A DNA stretch of 63,452 nt, counting the filler, from Rozella allomycis CSF55 (Eukaryota), in assembly GCA_000442015.1 (NCBI GenBank). It is 11 parts of 11 records of this genome, joined end to end, with 100 filler letters (N's around TTAATTAATTAA, not from the genome) between each part and the next. Parts side by side here need not be neighbours in the genome. Positions count along the whole stretch, not along the records: positions 1 to 13,471 come from KE560467.1; 10 more parts are not named here. One strand, 5' to 3'. The notes beneath the pieces were generated by a model. The model saw only the letters and a list, made by a program, of their open reading frames with translations, did not search any database and had not been told where the DNA came from. The position numbers and the translations under genes were made by a program. Positions 1 through 12,530 of the stretch are shown piece by piece (position 1 is the stretch's first letter; the number at the start of each line of letters is the position of its first letter).

Positions 1-419
1 TTGCTACGCCACTATGCTATTTATGCATTATTAGATGAATAAAACCCTGGTTAACTTTTATCTTTTATCGGATTTACTAATGGTTTTCTTAAATTTGAAC
101 ACATCAGCATCAGTTGAGACTCTCTCAAAATATCGGAAGCAACATCTATTTTCAGGTCCTATAGTAAACATAGTTGCTGAGATATACGGTGGAAGGTTTA
201 GTTTCGTGTTGGATTTCACATTATTATTGCATATTTGTGTCCAATAACAAGTATTATTAAACTTTCGAGACATTATCCCGGAGACTTTATCCACGCCGAA
301 ATAAGGTGAGTTTGTATTCGAGGAGAAAATGTTATTAACTCAACATGCCAATAATCCCGGTTCGTAAACTCCCCGTCCGATAGAAATATTAACAATATAA
401 AAAACGTATTTTTCCAAAG

Positions 420-1194
420 TTAATTCAGGAATATATCATTGATTGATAGGTTGAAGTATGTTTGAACATCTTCTGGGCAAATTCCATTCTTTTCTGGTGA
501 AGGAAGTTATCATCAAGAGTATCAGCCATTAACTCATATCTTTCTATTTCTTCAATGTCAATTTAGTCTTGGCATGTGTTCATCAAGCTTTTTCTCCTCA
601 TTATTTGGTCTGGAATATATGAAGAATAAAAGCCAGCTCTCCAGTCACCTTGGATGATTTGTTGAATAAAAGATATTGCATTGAAGATATTTTCAAAGTG
701 AATATGCCACACCGAGCCATCATCTCCAATCCACACAAATTCCCAATCATTGTTTAAGTCAGTGAGTAGACCAACAGCAGATCTTGCAACGTTTGTGGTA
801 AAAGTATCAGCAGCAATCAACGCATCCTTGATTTGATTAATATGCTCTCCTCAAAATTTTTCTTCAATTCAACAATTAAGCGGAGCCCAGCAAATATCGT
901 GCGATATTTTTTAGCCAATCTGTCAAAAATGGCCCGATCTGCACCACTTTTGATATCATATTATCAAATAGCAATCTGGAATCATCCTTGATAGTTTGAA
1001 GCACCTTCTTTTGAAAAATACCCATTACTTGAATGTCATCAGGTAAATATGGCTTCAAGTAATCTTAAATATAATCCAAGTAAGCTGCCACTGATTTGGA
1101 CAGTCCTCAGTCAATTTTGTCCATTGATAGCCTGGAATCCTAACTTCGACTTCAGGTTATTCAACGTCAACAAATATCTCCTTCAGCTTCAAAG
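420..1194 (-). pseudogene. Crinkler (CRN)-like effector C-terminal domain; disrupted and cut at 1195 by a MULE terminus
   Basis: ORFs 563-820 (IAAD...VGLLTDLNNDWEFVW) and 876-1058 resemble the CRN LLTDLN-type C-terminal domain; frameshifts and stops present. Confidence 0.5.
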
Positions 1195-1365
1195 GGCTAA
1201 ATCTTTAACCACCCGGGGTGCTTGTACACCCCCTGTAGGTTTTACGCGTATTTAAGTGAATGTGATTGGATGATGCTGGGCTGCGCCGTAATGGCATTTG
1301 GCATGTCATTATTAACGCTGGGACTATTTCAACTTAGAAAAAATTTAATGTCTTTCGTCAAATTT
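1195..1365 (+). mobile_element. Left terminal inverted repeat of a MULE of the GGCTAAA family
   Basis: GGCTAAATCTTTAACCACCCGGGGTGCTTGTACACCCCCTGTAGG matches the 32228 terminus and the reverse complement of the 27763 terminus; 1296-1362 resembles 32668-32730. Confidence 0.75.
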
Positions 1366-1499
1366 TTTTTAATTAGTAAAAAAAATTATTTAAGTAATAA
1401 TAGAGAAACAAATATAATATAGTGTCCTGTGTCTAGTGAAAAGTAAAATTTATTATTTTAAAATATATCAACTTTTTTATCGATTAATTAAATGTTCTG

Positions 1500-3360
1500 A
1501 GTTTATCAAGGNATCTAAATTCTTTGTGAAAAAGATTCGCAATCAAACAACCTATGGAACACTGTTTCTTCCTCAACTTGACATTTTTGCATGTGAGTAA
1601 TATGACGACGTGCTTAGTAGTTAATAAAAAGCAAGAATATCAATTGAAAGGAACGGNAATTAGTAAAAAAAATTATTTACGTAATAATAGAGAAAAAATA
1701 TAATATAGTGAAAAGTAAAATATATTTTTTTTCAATATATACTAATTTTATTTAAGAATAAGGTATTTATGCCAGTCTCCTCAGAATCATGGATGCATTC
1801 CTTTTTTGCTAATGTGAAACTAATTTTTAATCTCAGCCTGTGATATACCACANTTGGAAGGTAATTGTAGATCAATTAGAAATTCCCATAAAGGGCAACC
1901 TTTATAAAAGATTCATGGAGACGAGACACTTAAGCAATATATGTCCTGTATATTGGACGTCAACACACTATCNCTCTAAATTCTTTGTGAAAAATTCGCA
2001 ATCAAAAAACCTATGGAACAGTGTTTCTTCCTCAACTTGACATTTTTGCATATGAGTAATATGATGAAATAGTATAGAATTTATAGGTAATAAATATACG
2101 TGCTTAGTAGTTAATAAAAAGCAATAATATCAATTGAAAGGAACGTAGCCTGTGAAGAATATTTAACGGTTGGAATTACGTGTCGACCATGCTCATTAAC
2201 TAATTACTTTCGCAAAACTTTTTACCAGGTTCTCCAGAGAATCCAACTGTTGTGTTTCATTTAGCATTGCTGAAATTGTGCACCTAACAGGGAACNTTGT
2301 TAGAAGACAATGAGCTCTTTAATATGTTGAACGTTTTGATGAATGAATATCCACCAATAGGCGAATAGACTCTCAAATTACATATTTTATGTTATGGCAG
2401 TGTTTTTAACGTGNGTCCAATAATGATTCTGTTTGTGACACAAGCAAATTCTTACAAGTCAAGTAGAGCTTTGCCTGATCAAATATGTGAATCGTTCTTT
2501 TTGAATAACTTAGAATGTGTAATTGAACGTGATGCTTTAAAATCAAAANCCTGAAATTGTGTACCTAACAGGGAAACTTCACATTCCCATAAAGCGCAAC
2601 CTTTATAAGAGATTCACGAAGACACTTAAGCAATATATGTCCTGTCCTGTATATTGGACGTCAACAAACTATCCTTAGAAGGCAGTCGTGGTTTAGGTAA
2701 TGTCCAATGTCCTGCCTGTTGTAATGATGGAAATGGAGTGGTAAATATGGACTGAAAGAGTATTACGGGTGTTACCAAAGGCTCCATTAGCGAACCATTA
2801 GAAAAGGCTGGCTAGTTTAAGGCCTGTAATGAATTAAATCNTGCAGCTTTAAGTCTGGAAACGAACCGCCCAAAAATAATTCTGTTTTTGACACAAGCAA
2901 AATTTTACAATTCAAGTAGAGCTTTGTGATCAAATATGTGAATCGTTAAATAGTTGTATGATCAATGTTGGGCATCACAAGATCAATTTATGTTAGAAGC
3001 AAATGAGCTCTTCACTAAGTNGATATGCTAACATGAATAAACAGCTAATCATGATCTTTATTTATTAAATCTAGTTAAATGGACTTAATGCAGACGCTGC
3101 AGATTCCAGGCTCTTAATGTACTCTGCAGATTCCATCAACCTGGAGAGAGATACATTATTGGTTTTTAGCATATTTCTAACTATAACACCNGTAATTCTG
3201 TTTGTGGCACAAGCAAAAGCTACAATTCAAGAAGAACTTTGCCTGATCAAATATGTGAATCGTTTGTTTGGAACGTGTAATTGAACGTGATGCTTTAAAT
3301 TCAAAAGTGAGTACGTGGAAAAATCTGGATGAAATTAAGATTCGACTGGATGATCTAAAA
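1500..3360 (+). pseudogene. Scrambled fragments of a CxC/KDZ-like transposase
   Basis: Hand translation gives LTVGITCRPC...LPGSPENPTVVFHLALLKL (~2160-2280), QCPACCNDG (~2706-2732) and CSFKSG...VFDTS (~2842-2898); many single-N joins and repeated pieces. Confidence 0.45.
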
Positions 3361-3930
3361 AGANTTCCCTAGAATCAAAAACGTCTTTATCAACGACTGC
3401 TCTAACATCAGCAGCATTTTGACTAGCATCAACTTCATTATCCATACCCGCGATTGCAATAGAATCAAAAACGTCTTTATCAGCGACTGTTCTAACATTA
3501 GCATCTTCTCTAGCCCAATTGACTCGGAAGTCTGATTTGCACTTCCGTGAACTCTTACGGGACTCTATTTTTGAGTTAGGCCTGAGTTCACTTTATTTTT
3601 TTCTAGCCCACGAAATTCTTGGCAATGCGGTTTCAAATCGCAGTCACTCAAAGCGAAGTGCTTCGTCTCATTTGTAAAAGGTTAAACCTTTTATACGACT
3701 GAATAAGTAAGATTTTTCTACATTTCGCGAATTTATCTGCGATAGCTTTATGCGTAGGTATCAAACCAGGCGGCGACATTTTTTTCGATATTTTTAAGAA
3801 GTCAAATTTCCTAATGTCGATTTTTCCGAAAGAACGTTTTCGGTTTCAAAATTACCGAGAAAATTTACGAAAAACCGGGTCAACTAAATAGAGCGCAGTA
3901 CAACAATTTAATCTTGATATAGAATCATTT

Positions 3931-4224
3931 ATGTCAATTCTGTTCAAAAAGGGCAATATTAAAGTAATATTGGAAAAGATATCGCCATTCTATTTTAACA
4001 TTTTTAGTGTTTGGAAGGATTTAGGTATTAATGTAAATATATCAGACGAGATCACCTTTCAAGAAATGTTAAAAATACCTTTAAATCTAAAAGATATTAC
4101 TAATTGTCACTTAAAAAGAGTCAACAATTATGGCTTTTATACTTTTGAGAATATCATGGAAAAAAATGAGAAGAATGAATTAAGTATAATCTCTAGATTT
4201 AAAATNATCTCTCTAAAGAAATAG
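3931..4224 (+). pseudogene. Possible non-LTR retrotransposon ORF2 C-terminal fragment
   Basis: SPFYFNIFSVWK-type segment; weak. Confidence 0.25.
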
Positions 4225-6275
4225 ATTTATTCATAGATTTTTTGATACACAACTACGAATCCCAGCTGGTACAAATTCTATCAGCATCCGATCCCCATCT
4301 CCACTATTCCCTTTTCATAGAGTATGTCATTACCCTCAATTAAACAAGTTTTTGCATTCTTCTTGACAGTCTTCCCGATTTGTGCGACTCTTTGATCTAC
4401 CGCTCCCTGCCACTCTTGAAAATACTCGACAGGCACGCAGTTTCTGCCCAGAAAATTCTCTTNGTGCTTATTGGTCCGCTAAAGCCAATATACACACAAG
4501 ATTCGAAAACTTGCCCGAACACCCAGAATTTTTGCACTACTCTTTACCCGGCTCAGACTTGTCAGGCATGTTCATCGCATTCAACGGTACTGTCATCAAA
4601 GCAGGAACAAATAAAACACAAGAACGTGCGAAAATGTTCAAATGCAAGAAATGCAAGGCAATGTTTGAAATTGAAGTGGATGATGCCTTGTATCACNGAA
4701 TGTGCAGCTGCCAGGAAAGATCCGGAATATGCATGTGTTGGCACGCAGTTTGAAATGATTACCGATCCTAGTAATAATTTTCAATTGATATTATTGATAT
4801 AATTGGCAATTTGATTCAAGACTATCAAGAAATTAGGGTGCAAGAGCAAGTTGGCAGACTCGAAATTGGAACTGTAACATTGACTGGATAATCTGTTGTA
4901 GATGCCTAAAGCGATTACAGTCATTTTGAAGAATGATTTGGTTAACAAAGTCAAAGTTGGAGATAATGTATCTGCAATGTAACATTCATTGAATATAAAT
5001 TGCTAGTGGCACTTTGATTAGAAAATGGAAAGCCACAAAGCCTAATGAACCTTGCATTTTGGATTTAGTGTTTGTTGCAAACAATGTCATCCAGACCAAC
5101 GAAAAAACCTCCATTTTATCGATTTCTGATAATATTAAAAAGGAATTCAAACTGTTTTGGGAAAGTCGCAGGGATAACGAATTGCTTGGAAGGAATTTTA
5201 TTGTACAACAGTTTTGTCCAAATATTTTTGGACTTTTCCAAGTCAAACTGGCTGTTTTGTTGCTCTTGTTAGGTGGAAATTCAAAGAATGGTACTAATGG
5301 CACGAAAACTAGAGGTGAGCCGCATGTTTTGCTATTGGGAGATCCCAGCACAGCGAAATCACAATTTTTGAAAGCGGCTGCGTTACTTTCGCCTAGATCA
5401 ATTTTGACTACGGGGACTGGTACGAGTACGGCTGGTTTAACTGTGTCGGCTGTCAGAGAATCAGGGTCATGGTCTCTTGAGGCGGGTGCATTGGTGTTGG
5501 CTGATCGAGGCATTTGTTGTATTGACGAGTTTGGTTGTGTTAGTACTTCGGATAGAATGGCTATTCATGAAGCAATGGAACAGCAAACTCTGAGTATTGC
5601 CAAAGTAATTCAACTTTAAAGCTGTAATAGGCTGGAATTGTATGCAAGCTTAACACTCGATGCTCAATTCTCGCTGCTACCAATCCTAAAGGGAACTTTG
5701 ATACAAAAGAATCACTAGCTTCAAATTCGTCTTTATCTTCACCCCTTTTAAGTCGATTTGATTTAATTTTACTTTTAATTGATCGAAAAGACAAAGATTT
5801 AGACTCTTGCATCGCTGATTGTATTTTGAAGGATGAGAAATCCGAAATGGAGAACGAATGGAGTTTGGAAAAGTTGAAAATGTTTATAAATTTTGCGAAA
5901 AATGAATTCGCGCCAGAATTGACTGAGAATGCCTCCAATATTATCACTGCGTATTATCAGTTGCAAAGAAGCCAAGAAGACGCTGCATCTGGAAGAACTA
6001 CAATGCGGCTTTTAGAATCTATGATTAGGCTTACTCAGGCGCACGCTAAACTTTTGTTTCATGAAAAGGCAGAAATCTTTGATGCTGTCAGCGTTGTGCT
6101 TTTGTTTGAATCAGCGATGCATAATGGTATAATTTTTGGTAATACTTCATTTCTAATTGACTCGCTATTTCAAGATAATCCAAATGATGAGTATCAGGCT
6201 ATGGGTACATCTCCTTTCTTATGTTTACTTAGAATACACAGTATTGGAATCACTCAATCTCGGCTATTTATGTAA
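4225..6275 (+). CDS. MCM9: MCM9 helicase (multi-exon, 5' end incomplete)
   Basis: [89 protein letters not shown] and an N-terminal Zn finger; 26-nt intron at 5605-5630. Confidence 0.9.
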
Positions 6276-6350
6276 ATAAATTAACAAACATTTAACAAGT
6301 TCATTTTATAAAGATTGTCAATTTCAAACTATTTAATTAATCCGTCTTTA

Positions 6351-7745
6351 TTAGCCTCGTTGCCAGAGCAGTGATAAAATCGCAAGACCCAAAGAAAAGT
6401 CGTCAACATCAGAACCTGAATCATTTGATGACTTTGGCGCGGTGAAAACAATTTTAAGATTTGGCTTATGTTCTTTGAGTGATTCCTTCAATTTCTTATA
6501 AGATTTATTTTGATCACCTTCGATTTCAAGTAGGTCTAGTTTTGATTCGATTATACTTTGAGAAAATATACGAAGAGACTTGTCTAAATAGATATTTCGA
6601 GTCAGTCTCAAAGTCTTCAAATTAGATTCGGTCAGTGCGTTAAAAAAGCGATTGTTATATTTAATATAGTTTTCTTTTATATTTAATGACTGCAAACTAG
6701 ACACCTTTTCAATCAAAACAATAACATCTTTCACATCTAGTCCCGAGTTTGATATATCAAGATGTTCTAAACGATCAGGAAAACCATATGTAATAAGACT
6801 TCCATGAAGCTTAATATTCTTTGAACATGACAAATTAATACTCTTGAGTTTCGAGAGTCTAACCATTTCCATGAGGAGACCCCAAGACAAAGGATTATCG
6901 CCATAGCGATCAATGCCGCTTAGATTTAAATGATTCAAATTAAACATGGCGACATTAGTAAAAATATCAAACAAGTTACTAAGTGTTATATTGTTATCTG
7001 ATAGATCTAGAGACTCCACCTTGGAATTGTTTAAAAATTTTGTAAACTCTCGAGACTTAAAATTTGGAATATTGTTATTAGACAAATCCAAATGAATTAT
7101 TTCTGATTGAGATTTGGAAATTGATTTAATTAGCTCCACTTCACAAGATACTGTGGATTTTGTGATAGAGATAAGCTTTAATGATTTCTTTTTGCTCACA
7201 AATGGCGGTATTAACAGGCACACTTCTTTGGAGGGGATTCTGGCAATTTTTAATGATATCAAATTGACATTATCTTCGCTTAACACCTTAAGAGCACGTT
7301 TAAAGAGATCTTCGCTGTTAAATTTTTCAAAATCTAATATCACTTCGATTTTAGGATGCTCTTTGCTCGTAGACAAAAAGCGGAGCAACAGATTATAATC
7401 TTCAAAAGAATGTATAAGATTGAACCATAAAAATCCCATATGTTCTGTTTGCGAGAGTATATTTTCGTTAACTTTTAACAGAACGGTACTGCCCTCGACT
7501 TTTAATACTCGGCTTATATCTTTCTCGTTTGGATGCATTTTACGTAAATATTCATCAAAATCTTTAATCAACTTTCGATGTATACGTGAATGGACTCTTC
7601 CAAATCGGTACACATCTTGAAACGGGAGCCGTTCAGCAACCTTCAAAAGAATTTCGTTGGGAACATTTAGTATAGGAACTTCATTTGCTAATATTACACT
7701 CAGAATGACGTTTGTTATAAGCCAAAAATAAATAAACATTTCCAA
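6351..7745 (-). CDS. Predicted secreted F-box/LRR protein
   Basis: Hydrophobic N-terminus, F-box-like ILNVPNEILLKVAERL, repeated LDLSxNxI LRRs; intact 464-aa ORF. Confidence 0.75.
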   Translation of the reverse strand: MEMFIYFWLITNVILSVILANEVPILNVPNEILLKVAERLPFQDVYRFGRVHSRIHRKLIKDFDEYLRKMHPNEKDISRVLKVEGSTVLLKVNENILSQTEHMGFLWFNLIHSFEDYNLLLRFLSTSKEHPKIEVILDFEKFNSEDLFKRALKVLSEDNVNLISLKIARIPSKEVCLLIPPFVSKKKSLKLISITKSTVSCEVELIKSISKSQSEIIHLDLSNNNIPNFKSREFTKFLNNSKVESLDLSDNNITLSNLFDIFTNVAMFNLNHLNLSGIDRYGDNPLSWGLLMEMVRLSKLKSINLSCSKNIKLHGSLITYGFPDRLEHLDISNSGLDVKDVIVLIEKVSSLQSLNIKENYIKYNNRFFNALTESNLKTLRLTRNIYLDKSLRIFSQSIIESKLDLLEIEGDQNKSYKKLKESLKEHKPNLKIVFTAPKSSNDSGSDVDDFSLGLAILSLLWQRG

Positions 7746-8033
7746 CGAAGTATTACCAGATTAGGAAATTCCCAATAATATTTTCTGATCTGACAAGATC
7801 TGCAAGGGCAACATTTACGAATTGTGTTCAATAAATGTCATTTCAAANAAAATCAACTTTCTTTTTGGAATATACAATTTCTATAATTTTATTGAAGTAT
7901 TTATGCCAGTCTTCTCAGAATTATTGACGCATTCCTTTTTGCTCATGTAAAATTGATCATTAATCTGAGCCTGTGCCCTGTGATATACCACATTAGTTTC
8001 GATATTTTGCACATTGGACACTGCATGCGCGAT

Positions 8034-10244
8034 NCTTTACATCCAAATACTTTAAATTAGGCATTCTCTTCATAATAACAATAACTGTATTGATCATCAA
8101 GTCAGAATTTGAGACATCTATGGATTCTAAATGCTCCAACGTCAAGTGATCGTAAATGAATAAACACTTAAAAAGTTTAGGATTCGATCCAGATAAACCT
8201 ATGCGCTCAAGTTTAGATTTTTGGACTAATAGAAAAAGGTCCCCCCAAACATCATACCACTTTATACNAAAATTATGAAACTCAATAAGAATGTGTTTCT
8301 TCTAGTTCTTTGCTTTTTATTTTTAATTTTATTTAGAGAAATGTAAAGACCAGTTTGAGATTTGGCTTCTGTTCCTTTAGCTTTTCTTGAAATGTTTCAT
8401 AAAAACTTGACTTGTCTTCTATGTTTATAGCTATTTCCAAGAAATCAAGCTTTGAAGAAATAATACTGTCATAGAAAATATCCAAACTATTATCCAAATA
8501 ACGCGTTCTCGGTATTTTCAGGGTTCTTAAATTGGAATTGCGAAGTGTTTCATAGAATTGATCATCATAATCAAGGAAATTTCCTTTTACATCCATGTAC
8601 TTCAAATTAGGCATTCTCTTCATTATAATAATAACTGTATTGATCATCAAGTCAGAATCTGAGACATCTATGGCTTTTAAATTCTCAAATGTCAGGTGAT
8701 CGTAAATGAATAATGAATAGAAAACCTTGGGGCTTGATCCAGATAAACTTATGCGCTCAAGTTTAGATCTTAGGACTAATTCAAAAAACTGCCACCATAG
8801 ATCGCTATTTTGTCTACAAAAATTATCGTTGATATTTAAATATTTCAAATTATGTCTTGCTGGCCCTGTCAAGATTAGATCTACTGAAATACCGGGAATA
8901 CAGTTCTTTGAAAGATTCAGCGATTCCACTTTTGAATTCTTTAGATATTTTACAAAACGTGAATTGAGATTGCTTATATAATTGTCTGACAAATCCACAT
9001 GTGTGATTGTGGACATTGATTTCGATATGGATTCAAGAATTTTTAATTCACATGTACACCTAGTTTTTGTTATTGAAATGTGTCTCAAGGTTTTCTTTAG
9101 CTCGACAAATTTAGAAACTAAATCACAAATTTCTTGAGTGGGTATCCCGGTGACTCTTAGGGATACCAAATGAANCATAGATCGCTATTTTGTCTACAAA
9201 AATTATCGTTGATATTTAAATATTTCAAATTATGTCTTGCTGGCCCTGTCAAGATTAGATCTACTGAAATACCGGGAATACAGTTCTTTGAAAGATTCAG
9301 CGATTCCACTTTTGAATTCTTTAGATATTTTACAAAACGTGAATTGAGATTGCTTATATTATTGTCTGACAAATCCACATGTGTGATTGTGGACTGCGAT
9401 TTCGATATGGACTCAAGTATCNAAGATTCAAGTATTTCAAATTATGTCTTGCTGGTGTAAAGATTGGATGATATGAAAAACCGACAACACAATTGTTTGA
9501 TAGATTCAGCGATTCCACTTTTGAATCTTTTACATATTTTGCAAAAATTGACATGAGCATCCCTATATTATTGTCTGACAAATCCACATGTGTGATTGCG
9601 GACTGCGATTTCGATATGGATTCAAGTATCCTTAATTCACATGAACACCTAGATTTCGTTATTGAAATGTGTCTCAAGGTTTTCTTTTGCTCGACAAATT
9701 TAGAAACTAAAACACAAATTTCGTGAGTGATCCCGGTGACTCTTAGGGATGCCAAATTAACATTATCCTGACTCAAGAGTTTTAAAGCATGCCTGAAAAG
9801 ATCTTCGCTATCAAGATCGTCATAATCTAATAATACTTCGACTTTGCAGTACATTGAACCCATCGATTGATATTTAAGAAACAATCGAAAGTCTTCAAAC
9901 GAGTAAATAACATCTAAAGGAAGAAACCCCATGCCCAATGGGTGTATCAATGCTTTCTCGTTTGCCTTTAATATGACACTACTCCCTTCAACTCTAAGTA
10001 CTTTTCGTAAATCTACTTCCTTTGGATAAATTTCTTTTAAGTATCGCTCAAAATTTGTATTCAACGGTGCATGTATAAGAGAGTGGGTTCTCACAAACCT
10101 GTAAGCGTCTTGGGGAGTAAGGTGTTCAGCAATTTTTAAAAGTATTTCATTTGGTAAATTCAATAAGCTCGTTTCGTTTGCTATTTGAATCGCTATAACG
10201 CCTAAAAGCAGATTTTGGAACATAAACAAGAATATTAAAAGCAT
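8034..10244 (-). CDS. Secreted F-box/LRR paralog(s), fragmented at single-N joins
   Basis: ORFs 9354-10244 (signal peptide + LLNLPNEILLKIAEHL + LRR), 9157-9378 and 8333-9178, plus fragment 8034-8268. Confidence 0.7.
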
Positions 10245-10321
10245 TGCTTGAAAATTGTAGTATCTTTCAACCCTTGTCGTCTTTATGGATAGATTAGGTA
10301 ATTAGAAAAGTTAATACATAN

Positions 10322-10806
10322 ACATTATCCTCACTCAAGAGTTTCAAAGCATGCCTGAAAAGGTCTTCGCTGCCAAGATCGTCATAATCTAATAATACTT
10401 CGACGTTGTAGTACATTGAACCCATCGATTGATATTTAAGAAACAATCGAAAGTCTTCAAACGAGTAAATAACATCTAAAGGAAGAAACCCCATGCCCAA
10501 TGGGTGTATCAATGCTTTCTCGTTTGCCTTTAATATGACACTACTCCCTTCAACTCTAAGTACTTTTCGTAAATCTACTTCCTTTGGATAAATTTCTTTT
10601 AAGTATCGCTCAAAATTTGTATTCAACGGTGCATGTATAAGAGAGTGAGATCTCCCAAATCTGTAGATGTCTTGCGGAGAAAGTTGTTCAGCAATCTTTA
10701 AAAGAATTTCATTTGGTAAGTTTAATAAGTGTGTATCTTTTGTTATTTTGACAGTTAGAACGCCTAAAAGCAAGCTGTGGAATAGAAACGAGAATATTAA
10801 GAACAT
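10322..10806 (-). CDS. Secreted F-box/LRR paralog, N-terminal part
   Basis: Signal-peptide-like start + F-box; nearly identical to 9761-10244 downstream of the F-box. Confidence 0.7.
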
Positions 10807-11220
10807 TGCTTAAAATTTTACTACCCCGGTCCTTTTGTGGATAGATTCGGTAATTAGCTAAATAATTTTAGTTAAAGATTTTTTTAAACATATCAACTTG
10901 TAGATAAAGGGCAAATTAGATAGAAAAATTAATATAAAAATAGATCTATATGCATAGGAAAATAGACAGGCAAAATTGATGAATTGAACGTAATAACAGA
11001 GTTGAAAATTATGAACTCTAACTTCTTTAATAACTTTTACTTGATTTTATAGGTTAATTGTTACTAAAATCACATTTGATGTTCCATTTTCATCAAACAA
11101 TTTTCCTGTGGCCTGTACACGTTTTTTGAAATACTATGTTTCATTTTAAAAGCCTCGATCAGCCAATTTTTTTGATTTGATTGATTTTTAACATGGAAAA
11201 TTGCAAAAGTGAATTTCGGA

Positions 11221-12329
11221 ATGAGTATCAGAATATCGTCGATTAATCTACCTGATGTCGTATGACTTTTTATGTTGTTAAAGATTTAAGGATACCAGCA
11301 TGCCAGAGGTTTATGAGACACCAGATCCTGTAGTTGTTGTCGATAACAATTATTCACCACCAGAAAATATTCAAAAGGACAATATTATCACAGAAACAGG
11401 AACCAAAAGTATAAAGGATAATATAACTATATTTTCCAGCGAAGATAATCCAAGGTTCGGTATCAATTTTAGAAACTAGCCATAGGTAGAGTACTTTGGT
11501 AATCTAAGTTCGTTTTATTTCCCATGGGCAAGACGAAAAGAAAATTCTATTCAAAAGTATTTTAGATTAAGGCAAGAGATTGAGGAACTTGGGAAAGAAG
11601 TTCAAGATGAAAGCGCAAAGAAATGTTCGAAAATACCAGTCACAGATTTAAGTTTAATGATATCCAAGCTAAGACAAAACCTGGAGCTATTTAATCCAGC
11701 ACAGAATTTTACTGTGCCCTTAAATGAAGGAATCGATGTTCTAATTGAAGATATTCGCCAGGAAAAGCAAAATGTGAAAGAGCCAGCTCGTGAAAAACAT
11801 TCTTTAAATGTTCAAGAAGTGGAGTTAGAAAAGCGACTGCGCTCAATTGAAGACAAATTTGGTCATCCAAATCTGTGGAAAGGGCAAAGTTTGCATGACC
11901 GATTACAGAGATTAGAAGAGATTGCTGAAAAATTAAACCCGCATTATTTAGAAAGTTATTTTAAGAAATTGAAAATCATGGCGAATGACATTGAAAAGAA
12001 TTTCACAAAAACATTTAATGTTGAGAAAATTTCAGAGCTTAAAGATTTGGCTTCCAAGGTGGAAGAAGTGGAGGCTGTTTCTGAAGCAGTGCCTGTTTTA
12101 ATAGATCGCTATAAAGATCTGTGTGAGATAGCAAATAGGACGTCTATTATTTCCCAAACAGCCGAAACAATGGATCAAGAACAGTCCAAAATGCACGAAA
12201 CCCTTGAGTACCAAAATGAAATGCTGGAAAAGGTAATTGATATAAAAATGTTCATACTAGTTTGAAAAATGCTTGATGGAGAATATGGAAATGGTGAAAG
12301 CAAATTTAAAATCATTACAAAACAAATAA
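11221..12329 (+). CDS. DCTN2: Dynactin subunit 2 (p50/dynamitin), multi-exon
   Basis: N-terminal PEVYETPD, ENSIQKYFRLRQEIEEL, VELEKRLRSIE coiled coils. Confidence 0.8.
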
Positions 12330-12530
12330 ACTATTTAAAACATAAAGTTAATTTATATTGTCCTCAGTAGCTAGAAGTCACAGTTGCCATTGAGAAATTT
12401 CAATGTAAATGTTCTTTTAAAAGTAGACTGTAGAACTATTCAAATGAGTCCCTGACCCACTCTACAATCTAGAAAAAACAGATCTCAAGGTTTTGAGGGT
12501 TACACTTCACTGCGCCAGCTGCGCCACAAA

